From the NCBI RefSeq assembly GCF_988242995.1, contig NZ_OZ547043.1: a DNA stretch of 64,000 nt. The stretch is one strand, 5' to 3'. The notes under the pieces were generated by a model, which was not told the origin of the DNA, ran no database searches, and saw only the letters and a program-made list of their open reading frames with translations. This document shows, piece after piece, positions 44,847 through 55,378 of this stretch (the stretch's first letter is position 1; each line of letters opens with the position of its first letter). Position numbers and translations under genes: made by a program.

Positions 44847-45845
44847 ATGAAAGTGACATTTGAGCAGTTAAAAGCAGCCTTTAATCGAGTCTTAATTTCA
44901 CGCGGCGTTGACAGCGAAACGGCTGATGCCTGTGCCGAGATGTTCGCCCGCACCACCGAATCCGGCGTTTATTCTCACGGCGTCAACCGTTTCCCTCGTT
45001 TCATTCAACAACTGGAAAACGGCGATATCATTCCCAATGCCCAACCCAAACGTATAACCAGCCTCGGCGCAATTGAACAGTGGGACGCCCAGCGTTCGAT
45101 CGGTAACCTGACAGCGAAAAAGATGATGGATCGCGCCATTGAACTGGCTGCCGATCACGGTATTGGTCTGGTGGCACTACGTAATGCCAACCACTGGATG
45201 CGCGGCGGCAGCTACGGCTGGCAGGCGGCGGAAAAAGGCTATATTGGCATTTGCTGGACCAACTCCATCGCCGTAATGCCGCCGTGGGGCGCAAAAGAGT
45301 GTCGCATCGGCACTAACCCGCTGATCGTCGCCATTCCTTCTACCCCAATCACCATGGTCGATATGTCGATGTCGATGTTCTCTTACGGCATGTTAGAAGT
45401 TAACCGTCTGGCAGGCCGTCAGCTCCCGGTCGATGGTGGCTTTGATGATGAGGGCAATTTGACCAAAGAACCTGGCGTTATCGAGAAGAATCGCCGCATT
45501 TTGCCGATGGGCTACTGGAAAGGTTCTGGCATGTCGATTGTGCTGGATATGATCGCCACTCTCCTTTCTGACGGCGCATCGGTTGCCGAAGTCACCCAGG
45601 ACAACAGCGACGAATACGGCATTTCACAAATTTTTATTGCCATTGAAGTAGATAAGCTTATCGACGGCCCCACCCGCGATGCCAAGCTGCAACGCATCAT
45701 GGATTACGTTACTACCGCTGAACGCGCTGACGAAAACCAGGCCATCCGCTTACCCGGCCACGAATTTACTACCCTGCTGGCCGAAAACCGCCGTAACGGC
45801 ATCACCGTTGATGACAGCGTGTGGGCCAAAATCCAGGCGTTATGA
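44847..45845 (+). CDS. yiaK: 2,3-diketo-L-gulonate reductase YiaK (332 aa)
   Basis: Start trimmed to ATG 44847 ([16 protein letters not shown]...); malate/L-lactate dehydrogenase-2 family. Confidence 0.92.
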   Translation: MKVTFEQLKAAFNRVLISRGVDSETADACAEMFARTTESGVYSHGVNRFPRFIQQLENGDIIPNAQPKRITSLGAIEQWDAQRSIGNLTAKKMMDRAIELAADHGIGLVALRNANHWMRGGSYGWQAAEKGYIGICWTNSIAVMPPWGAKECRIGTNPLIVAIPSTPITMVDMSMSMFSYGMLEVNRLAGRQLPVDGGFDDEGNLTKEPGVIEKNRRILPMGYWKGSGMSIVLDMIATLLSDGASVAEVTQDNSDEYGISQIFIAIEVDKLIDGPTRDAKLQRIMDYVTTAERADENQAIRLPGHEFTTLLAENRRNGITVDDSVWAKIQAL

Positions 45846-45853
45846 GGAGATAA

Positions 45854-46324
<471 letters not shown>

Positions 46325-46441
46325 TCGAATAATCGTCTACGCCAGAACGCCTGGGTAATGTTATTGCTCTAACTATATTAATAATTCAGGTTGCTGCACA
46401 TGCAACTTGAATTATGACAAACATAGCCTCAAGGAATAGCT

Positions 46442-46915
46442 ATGAAAAAAATACTTGAAGCAATACTGGCGATTAATCTCGCCGTACTTTCCTGTATTGT
46501 GTTTATAAACATTATTTTAAGATATGGTTTTCAGACAAGCATTTTATCTGTAGATGAATTGTCACGTTATTTATTTGTCTGGTTAACATTTATTGGCGCG
46601 ATTGTGGCTTTTATGGATAACGCCCACGTTCAGGTCACCTTTCTGGTGGAGAAACTCTCCCCCGCATGGCAGCGACGAGTCGCTCTGGTTACCCATTCCT
46701 TAATCTTATTTATTTGTGGCGCACTGGCCTGGGGCGCAACGCTAAAAACAATTCAGGACTGGAGCGATTATTCACCGATCCTCGGTTTGCCCATCGGCCT
46801 GATGTATGCCGCTTGTCTGCCCACCAGCCTCGTTATCGCATTCTTTGAACTGCGTCATTTATATCAACTCATCACGCGTAGCAATTCTCTAACGTCGCCA
46901 CCGCAAGGAGCTTAA
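46442..46915 (+). CDS. yiaM: TRAP transporter small permease YiaM
   Basis: 157-aa 4-TM ORF (DctQ-like). Confidence 0.9.
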
Positions 46916-46917
46916 TC

Positions 46918-48195
46918 ATGGCTGTGCTGATTTTTCTGGGCTGTCTGTTGGGTGGTATTGCTATCGGTTTGCCTATTGCCTGGGCACTGTTGTTGTGCGG
47001 AGCGGCGTTAATGTTCTGGCTGGACATGTTTGATGTCCAGATCATGGCACAAACGCTGGTGAACGGAGCCGACAGCTTCTCCCTGCTGGCGATTCCGTTC
47101 TTTGTGCTGGCGGGTGAAATCATGAATGCGGGCGGCTTGTCGAAACGCATTGTTGACCTGCCGATGAAACTGGTGGGGCATAAGCCTGGTGGGCTTGGCT
47201 ACGTCGGCGTGCTGGCGGCAATGATTATGGCGAGCCTTTCCGGTTCTGCCGTTGCAGATACCGCCGCCGTTGCCGCACTACTGGTGCCGATGATGCGCAG
47301 CGCCGACTACCCGGTCAACCGGGCGGCGGGGCTGATTGCCTCTGGCGGCATTATCGCGCCAATTATTCCCCCTTCCATTCCGTTTATTATTTTCGGCGTT
47401 TCCAGCGGATTATCCATCAGTAAGCTGTTTATGGCGGGCATTGCCCCTGGCATGATGATGGGCGCAACGCTGATGCTTACCTGGTGGTGGCAGGCCAGTC
47501 GCCTTAATTTACCCCGCCAGCAAAAAGCAACGATGCAGGAAATCTGGCACTCTTTTGTCTCCGGTATCTGGGCGCTGTTTCTTCCAGTCATCATTATTGG
47601 CGGGTTTCGCTCCGGTCTGTTTACCCCTACCGAAGCCGGGGCCGTTGCTGCTTTCTATGCGCTGTTTGTCGCCACAGTTATTTACCGTGAAATGACCTTC
47701 GCCACACTTTGGCATGTGCTCATTGGCGCAGCGAAAACGACCTCAGTGGTGATGTTTCTGGTGGCCTCGGCACAAGTTTCCGCCTGGCTGATCACCATTG
47801 CTGAACTGCCGATGATGGTTTCTGATTTACTGCAACCGCTGGTCGATTCACCGCGTCTGCTGTTTATCGTCATTATGGTGGCTATCCTGATTGTCGGCAT
47901 GGTCATGGATTTAACGCCGACGGTATTAATTCTTACCCCGGTATTAATGCCTTTAGTTAAAGAGGCAGGAATCGATCCGATTTATTTCGGTGTCATGTTT
48001 ATCATTAACTGCTCAATCGGCTTAATTACACCGCCTATCGGTAATGTGCTTAACGTTATTTCAGGGGTGGCAAAACTCAAATTCGATGATGCAGTCAGAG
48101 GCGTTTTCCCTTACGTCCTGGTTTTATATTCATTATTAGTCGTATTTGTTTTTATTCCCGATCTCATCATCCTCCCTTTGAAATGGATTAATTAA
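46918..48195 (+). CDS. yiaN: TRAP transporter large permease YiaN
   Basis: 425-aa polytopic DctM-like ORF. Confidence 0.9.
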   Translation: MAVLIFLGCLLGGIAIGLPIAWALLLCGAALMFWLDMFDVQIMAQTLVNGADSFSLLAIPFFVLAGEIMNAGGLSKRIVDLPMKLVGHKPGGLGYVGVLAAMIMASLSGSAVADTAAVAALLVPMMRSADYPVNRAAGLIASGGIIAPIIPPSIPFIIFGVSSGLSISKLFMAGIAPGMMMGATLMLTWWWQASRLNLPRQQKATMQEIWHSFVSGIWALFLPVIIIGGFRSGLFTPTEAGAVAAFYALFVATVIYREMTFATLWHVLIGAAKTTSVVMFLVASAQVSAWLITIAELPMMVSDLLQPLVDSPRLLFIVIMVAILIVGMVMDLTPTVLILTPVLMPLVKEAGIDPIYFGVMFIINCSIGLITPPIGNVLNVISGVAKLKFDDAVRGVFPYVLVLYSLLVVFVFIPDLIILPLKWIN

Positions 48196-48207
48196 AAGGA
48201 AAATATT

Positions 48208-49194
48208 ATGAAATTACGTTCTGTAACCTACGCTTTATTAATTTCCGGAGTGGCTGCGTTCAGCACATCTTCTCTGGCGGCACAATCATTACGTTTCGGT
48301 TATGAAACCTCACAAACCGACTCGCAACATATTGCGGCAAAGAAATTCAATGAATTATTACAGGAAAAAACCAAAGGCGAACTGAAATTAAAATTGTTTC
48401 CGGATAGCACTCTCGGTAATGCGCAGGCGATGATCAGCGGCGTACGTGGCGGCACCATCGATATGGAAATGTCCGGCTCGAATAACTTTGCCGGGTTATC
48501 ACCAGTGATGAACTTGCTTGATGTCCCTTTCCTGTTCCGCGATACCGCTCACGCGCATAAAACGCTCGACGGCAAAGTCGGTGATGATCTGAAAGCCTCA
48601 CTTGAAGGTAAAGGACTAAAAGTACTGGCCTACTGGGAAAACGGCTGGCGCGATGTCACCAACTCGCGCGCACCGGTTAAAACCCCCGCCGACCTGAAAG
48701 GGCTGAAAATTCGCACCAACAATAGCCCGATGAATATCGCCGCATTCAAAGTCTTTGGCGCTAACCCGATCCCGATGCCGTTTGCCGAAGTCTATACCGG
48801 GCTGGAAACGCGCACTATCGACGCACAGGAACACCCGATCAACGTCGTCTGGTCAGCAAAATTTTTCGAAGTACAGAAGTACCTTTCTCTGACGCACCAC
48901 GCCTATTCGCCACTTCTGGTGGTGATCAACAAAGCGAAGTTTGACGGCTTAACCCCGGAGTTCCAGCAGGCGCTGATCTCATCTGCGCAGGAAGCGGGTA
49001 ACTACCAGCGCAAACTGGTTGCCGAAGATCAGCAAAAAATCATCGACGGCATGAAAGAAGCGGGCGTGGAAGTCATCACCGATCTCGACCGCAAAGCCTT
49101 TAGCGACGCACTGGGGAATCAGGTTCGCGACATGTTTGTTAAAGATGTTCCGCAGGGTGCTGATCTGCTGAAAGCCGTGGATGAGGTGCAATAA
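48208..49194 (+). CDS. yiaO: TRAP transporter periplasmic solute-binding protein YiaO
   Basis: 328-aa ORF with signal peptide, DctP-like. Confidence 0.9.
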   Translation: MKLRSVTYALLISGVAAFSTSSLAAQSLRFGYETSQTDSQHIAAKKFNELLQEKTKGELKLKLFPDSTLGNAQAMISGVRGGTIDMEMSGSNNFAGLSPVMNLLDVPFLFRDTAHAHKTLDGKVGDDLKASLEGKGLKVLAYWENGWRDVTNSRAPVKTPADLKGLKIRTNNSPMNIAAFKVFGANPIPMPFAEVYTGLETRTIDAQEHPINVVWSAKFFEVQKYLSLTHHAYSPLLVVINKAKFDGLTPEFQQALISSAQEAGNYQRKLVAEDQQKIIDGMKEAGVEVITDLDRKAFSDALGNQVRDMFVKDVPQGADLLKAVDEVQ

Positions 49195-49197
49195 ACC

Positions 49198-50694
49198 ATG
49201 ACGCAATACTGGCTGGGGTTAGATTGTGGCGGTAGCTGGCTGAAAGCCGGGCTGTATGACCGCGAAGGCCGGGAGGCAGGCGTGCAGCGCCTGCCGCTGT
49301 GCGCATTAAGCCCGCAGCCAGGCTGGGCAGAGCGCGATATGGCAGAACTGTGGCAATGCTGCATGGCTGTCATTCGCACCCTGCTTACTCATTCTGGTGT
49401 CAGCGGGGAGCAAATAGTGGGTATCGGTATCTCCGCACAGGGAAAGGGCTTGTTTTTGCTGGATAAAAACGACAAGCCGCTCGGGAATGCTATTTTGTCC
49501 TCGGACCGCCGGGCGATGGAAATCGTTCGTCGCTGGCAGGAAGATGGCATCCCGGAAAAACTCTACCCGCTGACCCGACAAACCTTGTGGACCGGGCATC
49601 CGGTGTCGCTGTTACGCTGGCTGAAAGAGCACGAACCAGAACGCTACGCGCAAATTGGCTGCGTGATGATGACGCACGACTACCTGCGCTGGTGTTTAAC
49701 TGGCGTCAAAGGCTGTGAAGAGAGCAATATTTCCGAGTCCAATCTCTACAACATGAGTCTTGGGGAATATGACCCGTGTCTCACCGACTGGCTGGGGATC
49801 GCTGAAATCAACCACGCCCTGCCGCCTGTTGTCGGATCTGCCGAAATCTGCGGGGAAATCACCGCTCAGACAGCCGCACTGACCGGTCTGAAAGCGGGTA
49901 CGCCCGTTGTCGGCGGCCTGTTTGATGTGGTTTCCACCGCACTCTGTGCCGGGATCGAAGACGAATTTACCCTTAATGCGGTGATGGGCACCTGGGCGGT
50001 GACCAGCGGAATAACCCGTGGTTTACGTGACGGTGAAGCGCATCCGTATGTCTATGGTCGCTACGTTAACGATGGTCAATTTATCGTTCACGAAGCCAGC
50101 CCCACCTCTTCCGGCAACCTCGAATGGTTTACCGCACAGTGGGGAGAAATCTCGTTTGATGAGATTAACCAGGCCGTTGCCAGCTTGCCGAAGGCCGGGG
50201 GCGATCTCTTTTTCCTGCCGTTCCTGTACGGCAGCAACGCCGGACTCGAGATGACCAGCGGTTTCTACGGGATGCAGGCCATTCACACCCGCGCACACCT
50301 GTTGCAGGCCATTTATGAAGGCGTGGTGTTCAGCCATATGACCCATCTCAACCGAATGCGCGAACGTTTTACTGATGTGCACACCCTGCGCGTCACTGGC
50401 GGCCCGGCGCATTCCGATGTCTGGATGCAAATGCTGGCGGACGTCAGCGGGCTGCGTATCGAACTGCCGCAGGTGGAAGAAACCGGCTGTTTTGGCGCGG
50501 CGCTTGCCGCCCGCGTCGGCACCGGGGTTTATCGCGATTTCAGCGAAGCCCAACGTGATTTACAGCACCCGGTACGCACCCTGCTGCCGGATATGACCGC
50601 CCATCAGCTTTACCAACAAAAATACCAACGCTATCAGCATCTCATTGCCGCACTTCAGGGCTTTCACGCCCGCATCAAGGAGCACACATTATGA
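49198..50694 (+). CDS. lyxK: L-xylulose/3-keto-L-gulonate kinase LyxK (498 aa)
   Basis: FGGY kinase family (YWLGLDCGGSWLKAGLYD...). Confidence 0.92.
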   Translation: MTQYWLGLDCGGSWLKAGLYDREGREAGVQRLPLCALSPQPGWAERDMAELWQCCMAVIRTLLTHSGVSGEQIVGIGISAQGKGLFLLDKNDKPLGNAILSSDRRAMEIVRRWQEDGIPEKLYPLTRQTLWTGHPVSLLRWLKEHEPERYAQIGCVMMTHDYLRWCLTGVKGCEESNISESNLYNMSLGEYDPCLTDWLGIAEINHALPPVVGSAEICGEITAQTAALTGLKAGTPVVGGLFDVVSTALCAGIEDEFTLNAVMGTWAVTSGITRGLRDGEAHPYVYGRYVNDGQFIVHEASPTSSGNLEWFTAQWGEISFDEINQAVASLPKAGGDLFFLPFLYGSNAGLEMTSGFYGMQAIHTRAHLLQAIYEGVVFSHMTHLNRMRERFTDVHTLRVTGGPAHSDVWMQMLADVSGLRIELPQVEETGCFGAALAARVGTGVYRDFSEAQRDLQHPVRTLLPDMTAHQLYQQKYQRYQHLIAALQGFHARIKEHTL

Positions 50695-51353
50695 GCCGAC
50701 CACTTCTGCAACTGGCCCTCGACCACTCATCACTTGAAGACGCACAGCGCGACGTGATGCTGTTAAAAGACAGCGTCGATATCGTCGAAGCGGGCACCAT
50801 TCTCTGTTTAAACGAAGGGCTTGGCGCAGTGAAAGCCTTGCGCGAACAGTGCCCGAACAAAATCATCGTCGCTGACTGGAAGGTCGCCGATGCCGGTGAA
50901 ACGCTCGCTCAACAAGCATTTACCGCAGGTGCTAACTGGATGACCATCATCTGCGCCGCACCGCTCGCGACGGTGGAAAAAGGCCACGCGATGGCGCAAC
51001 GCTGCGGCGGTGAAATTCAGATAGAGCTGTTCGGTAACTGGACGCTGGACGACGCCCGCGACTGGCATCGTATTGGCGTGCGGCAGGCGATTTATCATCG
51101 CGGTCGCGACGCGCAAGCCAGCGGGCAACAGTGGGGCGAAGCCGATCTTGCACGCATGAAGGCGCTTTCCGATATCGGCCTTGAGCTTTCCATTACCGGC
51201 GGTATTACTCCTGCTGATCTGCCACTGTTTAAAGATATCCGCGTAAAGGCGTTTATTGCCGGACGGGCGCTGGCAGGCGCAGCAAATCCGGTGCAGGTGG
51301 CTGGCGATTTCCATGCGCAAATCGACGCTATCTGGGGAGGCGCGCGTGCGTAA
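50691..51353 (+). CDS. sgbH: 3-keto-L-gulonate-6-phosphate decarboxylase SgbH (220 aa)
   Basis: OMP-decarboxylase-like ORF; ATG overlaps lyxK stop. Confidence 0.92.
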   Translation: MSRPLLQLALDHSSLEDAQRDVMLLKDSVDIVEAGTILCLNEGLGAVKALREQCPNKIIVADWKVADAGETLAQQAFTAGANWMTIICAAPLATVEKGHAMAQRCGGEIQIELFGNWTLDDARDWHRIGVRQAIYHRGRDAQASGQQWGEADLARMKALSDIGLELSITGGITPADLPLFKDIRVKAFIAGRALAGAANPVQVAGDFHAQIDAIWGGARA

Positions 51354-52206
51354 TCATCCGTTAGGGATTTATGAAAAAGCGCTGGCGAAAGATCTCTCCT
51401 GGCCGGAGCGGCTGGTGCTGGCAAAAAGCTGCGGCTTTGATTTTGTCGAAATGTCGGTGGATGAAACTGACGAGCGTCTGTCACGCCTTGACTGGAGCGC
51501 CGCACAACGTGCTTTGCTGGTCACTGCGATGATCCAAACGGGTGTTGCCATTCCGTCGATGTGCCTGTCCGCACATCGTCGCTTTCCTTTTGGTAGCCGT
51601 GACGACGCGGTACGCCAGAGAGCACGGGAGATCATGAGTAAAGCGATTCGCCTGGCGCGCGATCTCGGCATTCGTACTATTCAACTGGCAGGTTACGACG
51701 TCTATTACGAAGACCACGACGAAGGCACCCAGCAACGTTTTGCTGAAGGGCTGGCGTGGGCGGTCGAACAGGCGGCGGCATCACAAGTCATGCTGGCAGT
51801 GGAGATTATGGATACCGCGTTTATGAACTCCATCAGCAAATGGAAAAAATGGGACGAGATGCTCGCCTCGCCGTGGTTCACCGTCTACCCGGACGTCGGC
51901 AACCTCAGCGCCTGGGGCAATGATGTTCCCGCCGAACTGAAACTGGGCATTGATCGTATCGCCGCGATCCACCTGAAAGACACCCAGCCAGTCACCGAGC
52001 AAAGCCCCGGACAGTTCCGCGACGTGCCGTTTGGCGAAGGCTGCGTCGATTTCGTTGGCATCTTCAAAACGCTGCATGAACTGAACTATCGCGGTTCTTT
52101 CCTGATTGAGATGTGGACCGAAAAAGCCAAAGAGCCGGTGCTGGAGATTATTCAGGCGCGGCGCTGGATTGAAGCGCGTATGCAGGAGGCTGGATTTATA
52201 TGTTAG
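51346..52206 (+). CDS. sgbU: L-ribulose-5-phosphate 3-epimerase SgbU (286 aa)
   Basis: Xylose-isomerase-like TIM barrel; start placed at GTG 51346 ([18 protein letters not shown]...) overlapping sgbH stop by 8 bp; ORF-track ATG at 51256 would overlap sgbH by 98 bp. Confidence 0.85.
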   Translation: MRNHPLGIYEKALAKDLSWPERLVLAKSCGFDFVEMSVDETDERLSRLDWSAAQRALLVTAMIQTGVAIPSMCLSAHRRFPFGSRDDAVRQRAREIMSKAIRLARDLGIRTIQLAGYDVYYEDHDEGTQQRFAEGLAWAVEQAAASQVMLAVEIMDTAFMNSISKWKKWDEMLASPWFTVYPDVGNLSAWGNDVPAELKLGIDRIAAIHLKDTQPVTEQSPGQFRDVPFGEGCVDFVGIFKTLHELNYRGSFLIEMWTEKAKEPVLEIIQARRWIEARMQEAGFIC

Positions 52207-52895
52207 AGCAACTGAAAGCCGACGTGCTGGCGGCAAATCTGGCACTTCCCGCTCACCATCTGGTGACGTTCACCTGGGGCAATGTCAGCGCGGTAGACGA
52301 AACGCGGCAATGGATGGTAATCAAACCTTCCGGCGTCGAGTACGACGTGATGACCGCCGACGATATGGTGGTGGTTGAGATAGCCACCGGTAAGGTGGTG
52401 GAAGGCAGAAAAAAACCCTCGTCCGACACGCCAACGCATCTGGCGCTCTACCGTCGCTATGCCGAAATCGGTGGCATTGTGCATACCCACTCGCGCCACG
52501 CGACCATCTGGTCACAGGCCGGGCTGGATCTCCCCGCCTGGGGCACCACGCACGCCGATTACTTCTATGGAGCCATCCCCTGCACGCGCCTGATGACCGC
52601 AGAAGAGATCAACGGCGAGTATGAATACCAGACTGGCGAAGTGATCATTGAAACCCTCGAAGAACGCGGCAGGAGTCCAGCGCAAATCCCGGCGGTTCTG
52701 GTACATTCTCACGGCCCGTTCGCCTGGGGAAAAAATGCCGCCGATGCAGTGCATAACGCCGTGGTGCTGGAAGAGTGCGCCTATATGGGCCTGTTCTCGC
52801 GCCAGCTTGCGCCGCAACTCCCTGCGATGCAAAACGAACTGTTGGATAAGCACTACCTGCGTAAGCATGGGGCCAATGCCTATTACGGGCAGTAA
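52200..52895 (+). CDS. sgbE: L-ribulose-5-phosphate 4-epimerase SgbE (231 aa)
   Basis: Class II aldolase/epimerase family (AraD-like); overlaps sgbU stop. Confidence 0.92.
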   Translation: MLEQLKADVLAANLALPAHHLVTFTWGNVSAVDETRQWMVIKPSGVEYDVMTADDMVVVEIATGKVVEGRKKPSSDTPTHLALYRRYAEIGGIVHTHSRHATIWSQAGLDLPAWGTTHADYFYGAIPCTRLMTAEEINGEYEYQTGEVIIETLEERGRSPAQIPAVLVHSHGPFAWGKNAADAVHNAVVLEECAYMGLFSRQLAPQLPAMQNELLDKHYLRKHGANAYYGQ

Positions 52896-52926
52896 TCCCT
52901 CACGCCGGGGCTTCATCGCCCCGGCA

Positions 52927-53742
52927 CTACGAATTGATATGTTCCTTGCTGTAACGTCGCTTCCACGCAGCTGGCGTTAAACCGGTGTGTTTGCGAAAAA
53001 TCTGTCGGAAATAACCAACGTCATTAAACCCGCACAACGCCGCCACTTCCGTGAGCGATCGCGCTTCGCTAATTAACAGCTTTTCGGCTTCGCGCACTCG
53101 CTGGCGATGAATTGCTTCTGTTAACGTCAGATGAAACACCCGCCGATAGACACGCCCAAGATAATCGGCATTGCAGTACAGCTCGCGGGCTAAAAGCGCC
53201 GTGGAAAGCGGGCGATGATATTGCGTGCGGATCAGTTTCTGCGCTTTCCAGGCAAGCGTGGTACCTGCGGCATCGGCCTGTTCATCAAGACGCGCGTCAC
53301 GGGTGAGTTGCTGCAAAATCAGCAGCACAATAAACTCCAGCGCCGGAGTGCGTTGATGCTTTTCCTGTTCGCTTAAGAACTGGCGAAACAGGGCCACCAA
53401 CGCCTGCGGATCGGCAACCTTCGTTTGTTGCGGCACGCTAAGATGAGTGAGCCAGCGCGGGTCGCTATCCGGCGCTTTAACCTCAAAATGCAGCCAGTAA
53501 AATTTGAGATCGGCGGGAAAATCCTCTACCCCAACATGCTGTCGGTTCGGCCAGAGTAATAAACTCTCTCCCGCATCGACCAGAAATATCCGCTCTTCTT
53601 CCTGAATCGCTAATCGACCTTTTTCGACAAAGATAATTTCCCATGACTCCAGCCGCCTTGCCGGATGCCTCCCTACGCCACGGGAAATAAATAATCCACC
53701 ATTTTGCACTTTAATCGGTAACGTTATGGATAATTCGAGCAT
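52927..53742 (-). CDS. AraC/XylS-family transcriptional regulator (271 aa)
   Basis: N-terminal cupin-like ligand-binding region plus C-terminal double HTH (signature ...DVGYFRQIFRKHTGLTPAAWKRR); divergent from transporter gene. Confidence 0.85.
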   Translation of the reverse strand: MLELSITLPIKVQNGGLFISRGVGRHPARRLESWEIIFVEKGRLAIQEEERIFLVDAGESLLLWPNRQHVGVEDFPADLKFYWLHFEVKAPDSDPRWLTHLSVPQQTKVADPQALVALFRQFLSEQEKHQRTPALEFIVLLILQQLTRDARLDEQADAAGTTLAWKAQKLIRTQYHRPLSTALLARELYCNADYLGRVYRRVFHLTLTEAIHRQRVREAEKLLISEARSLTEVAALCGFNDVGYFRQIFRKHTGLTPAAWKRRYSKEHINS

Positions 53743-53967
53743 TGATATGTAATTTCCCGCTTATTCATTAATGATTAAACACATTACCTTTTGATTATGA
53801 ATCAAAAACATTAATTTCACCTGATCCAATTCACACTTTTAAATTCAGGTCGGAATCGTCACCTTTTTTTACTCTTTTCTCGCCTTGTTGATATTCCCGT
53901 TCACGGCAGAATTAATCATGTCATTGCAATAAAACTAAAAATTGCTCCCTATTCACGAGGAATATCT
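53743..53967. promoter_or_regulatory. Divergent promoter region between the AraC-family regulator gene and the GPH transporter–GH127 gene pair
   Basis: 225-bp AT-rich intergenic region with homopolymer tracts (ttttttt) and SD-like sequence (cacgaggaa) before the transporter ATG; individual sites not mapped. Confidence 0.4.
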
Positions 53968-55368
53968 ATGACCTCTACACCGATTACTGCCGCTGATATC
54001 GCTAAAGGTAAAATTGACGATGCGTTATCTGTACGGGAAAAAATAGGCTACGGCCTGGGTGACGCAGGCGGCACCGTAATAACTTGCCTGATCATGAACT
54101 TTCTCACCTTTTTCTACACCGACGTTTTTGGCTTAACTCCGGCGCTGGTCGGCACGCTGTTTATTGCACTGCGCGTGTTTGATGCCATCTCCGACCCGGT
54201 GATGGGCGTCATTGCCGACCGGACGCAAAGTCGCTGGGGGCGCTTTCGTCCGTGGCAGTTATGGATTGCCATTCCCATCGGCATTATCGGCATCCTGACG
54301 TTCACCGTGCCAGATGCCAGCATGGGAGTAAAAATCGCCTGGGCGTTCGGCACTTACCTGCTCCTTTCAGTCGGTTATACCGCCATCAACGTGCCGTACT
54401 GCGCGCTGATCAACACCATGACCACCCGCCACAATGAAGTGATCTCCTGCCAGTCCTGGCGATTCGTTCTCTGCGGCGTAGCGGGATTTCTGGTTTCGGT
54501 AGGCTTACCGTGGATGGTAGATCTCTTCGGTCAGGGTAATGCCGCGCGCGGCTATCAACTGGGCGTCGGCGTGCTGTGCGCCATCGCTGTGGTGATGTTC
54601 CTGTGCTGTTTCTTCTGGGTTCGTGAACGGGTGCCACTCTCCACAATGGGGAAATTTACCCTGCGCGAACATCTTGCCGGGCTGCGAAACAACGACCAAC
54701 TACTGCTGATGCTGGTCATGTCTTTCCTGCTGATTAACGTCTTTAACATTCGCGGCGGTGGGTATATGTACTTCATTACCTACGTCTTACAAGGCAGTAC
54801 GGGCTACACGTCGCTGTTCTTCACCATGGTCACCTTCGCCTCCATTATCGGCTCGGTGATTGTCAGCCCGTTAACGCGGCGTTTCGATACCGTCAAAATT
54901 TATTACTACACCAACCTGCTCCTCGCTGCGCTGGCGGTGTTGATGTGGTTCCTGCCCTCCGGCCCGGCTTATCAAACGCTGTGGCTGGCGGTGATCCTCG
55001 GTAATGGCGTGATTCTTGGCTTCACATTGCCACTGCACTTCTCATTGATGGCCTTTGCCGATGACTACGGCGAGTGGAAAACCCGCGTACGTTCTTCCGG
55101 CATGAACTTCGCCTTCAATCTGTTTTTCATCAAACTGGCCTGGGCCTCCAGCGCCGGGATCATCAGCCTGCTGTTTATTTTTGTCGCCTACCAGCCAGGC
55201 GTGGAAAACCAGACCACCAGTTCGCTTGGCGGGATCACGGCGATGGAAACATTACTGCCTGCGCTATTCCACCTGCTGCTGGCAGGGGCGATCCGCTTTT
55301 GCAAACTCAATAACCCTATGATGTCACGCATTGCTACCGACCTGCGTCAGCGTCATGTACAGCCTTAA
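53968..55368 (+). CDS. Glycoside-pentoside-hexuronide (GPH):cation symporter family transporter (MFS superfamily), 466 aa
   Basis: 12-TM ORF with N-terminal GPH-type sequence (...[25 protein letters not shown]...); stop 10 bp before GH127 start. Confidence 0.85.
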   Translation: MTSTPITAADIAKGKIDDALSVREKIGYGLGDAGGTVITCLIMNFLTFFYTDVFGLTPALVGTLFIALRVFDAISDPVMGVIADRTQSRWGRFRPWQLWIAIPIGIIGILTFTVPDASMGVKIAWAFGTYLLLSVGYTAINVPYCALINTMTTRHNEVISCQSWRFVLCGVAGFLVSVGLPWMVDLFGQGNAARGYQLGVGVLCAIAVVMFLCCFFWVRERVPLSTMGKFTLREHLAGLRNNDQLLLMLVMSFLLINVFNIRGGGYMYFITYVLQGSTGYTSLFFTMVTFASIIGSVIVSPLTRRFDTVKIYYYTNLLLAALAVLMWFLPSGPAYQTLWLAVILGNGVILGFTLPLHFSLMAFADDYGEWKTRVRSSGMNFAFNLFFIKLAWASSAGIISLLFIFVAYQPGVENQTTSSLGGITAMETLLPALFHLLLAGAIRFCKLNNPMMSRIATDLRQRHVQP

Positions 55369-55378
55369 GGAGCACAAG

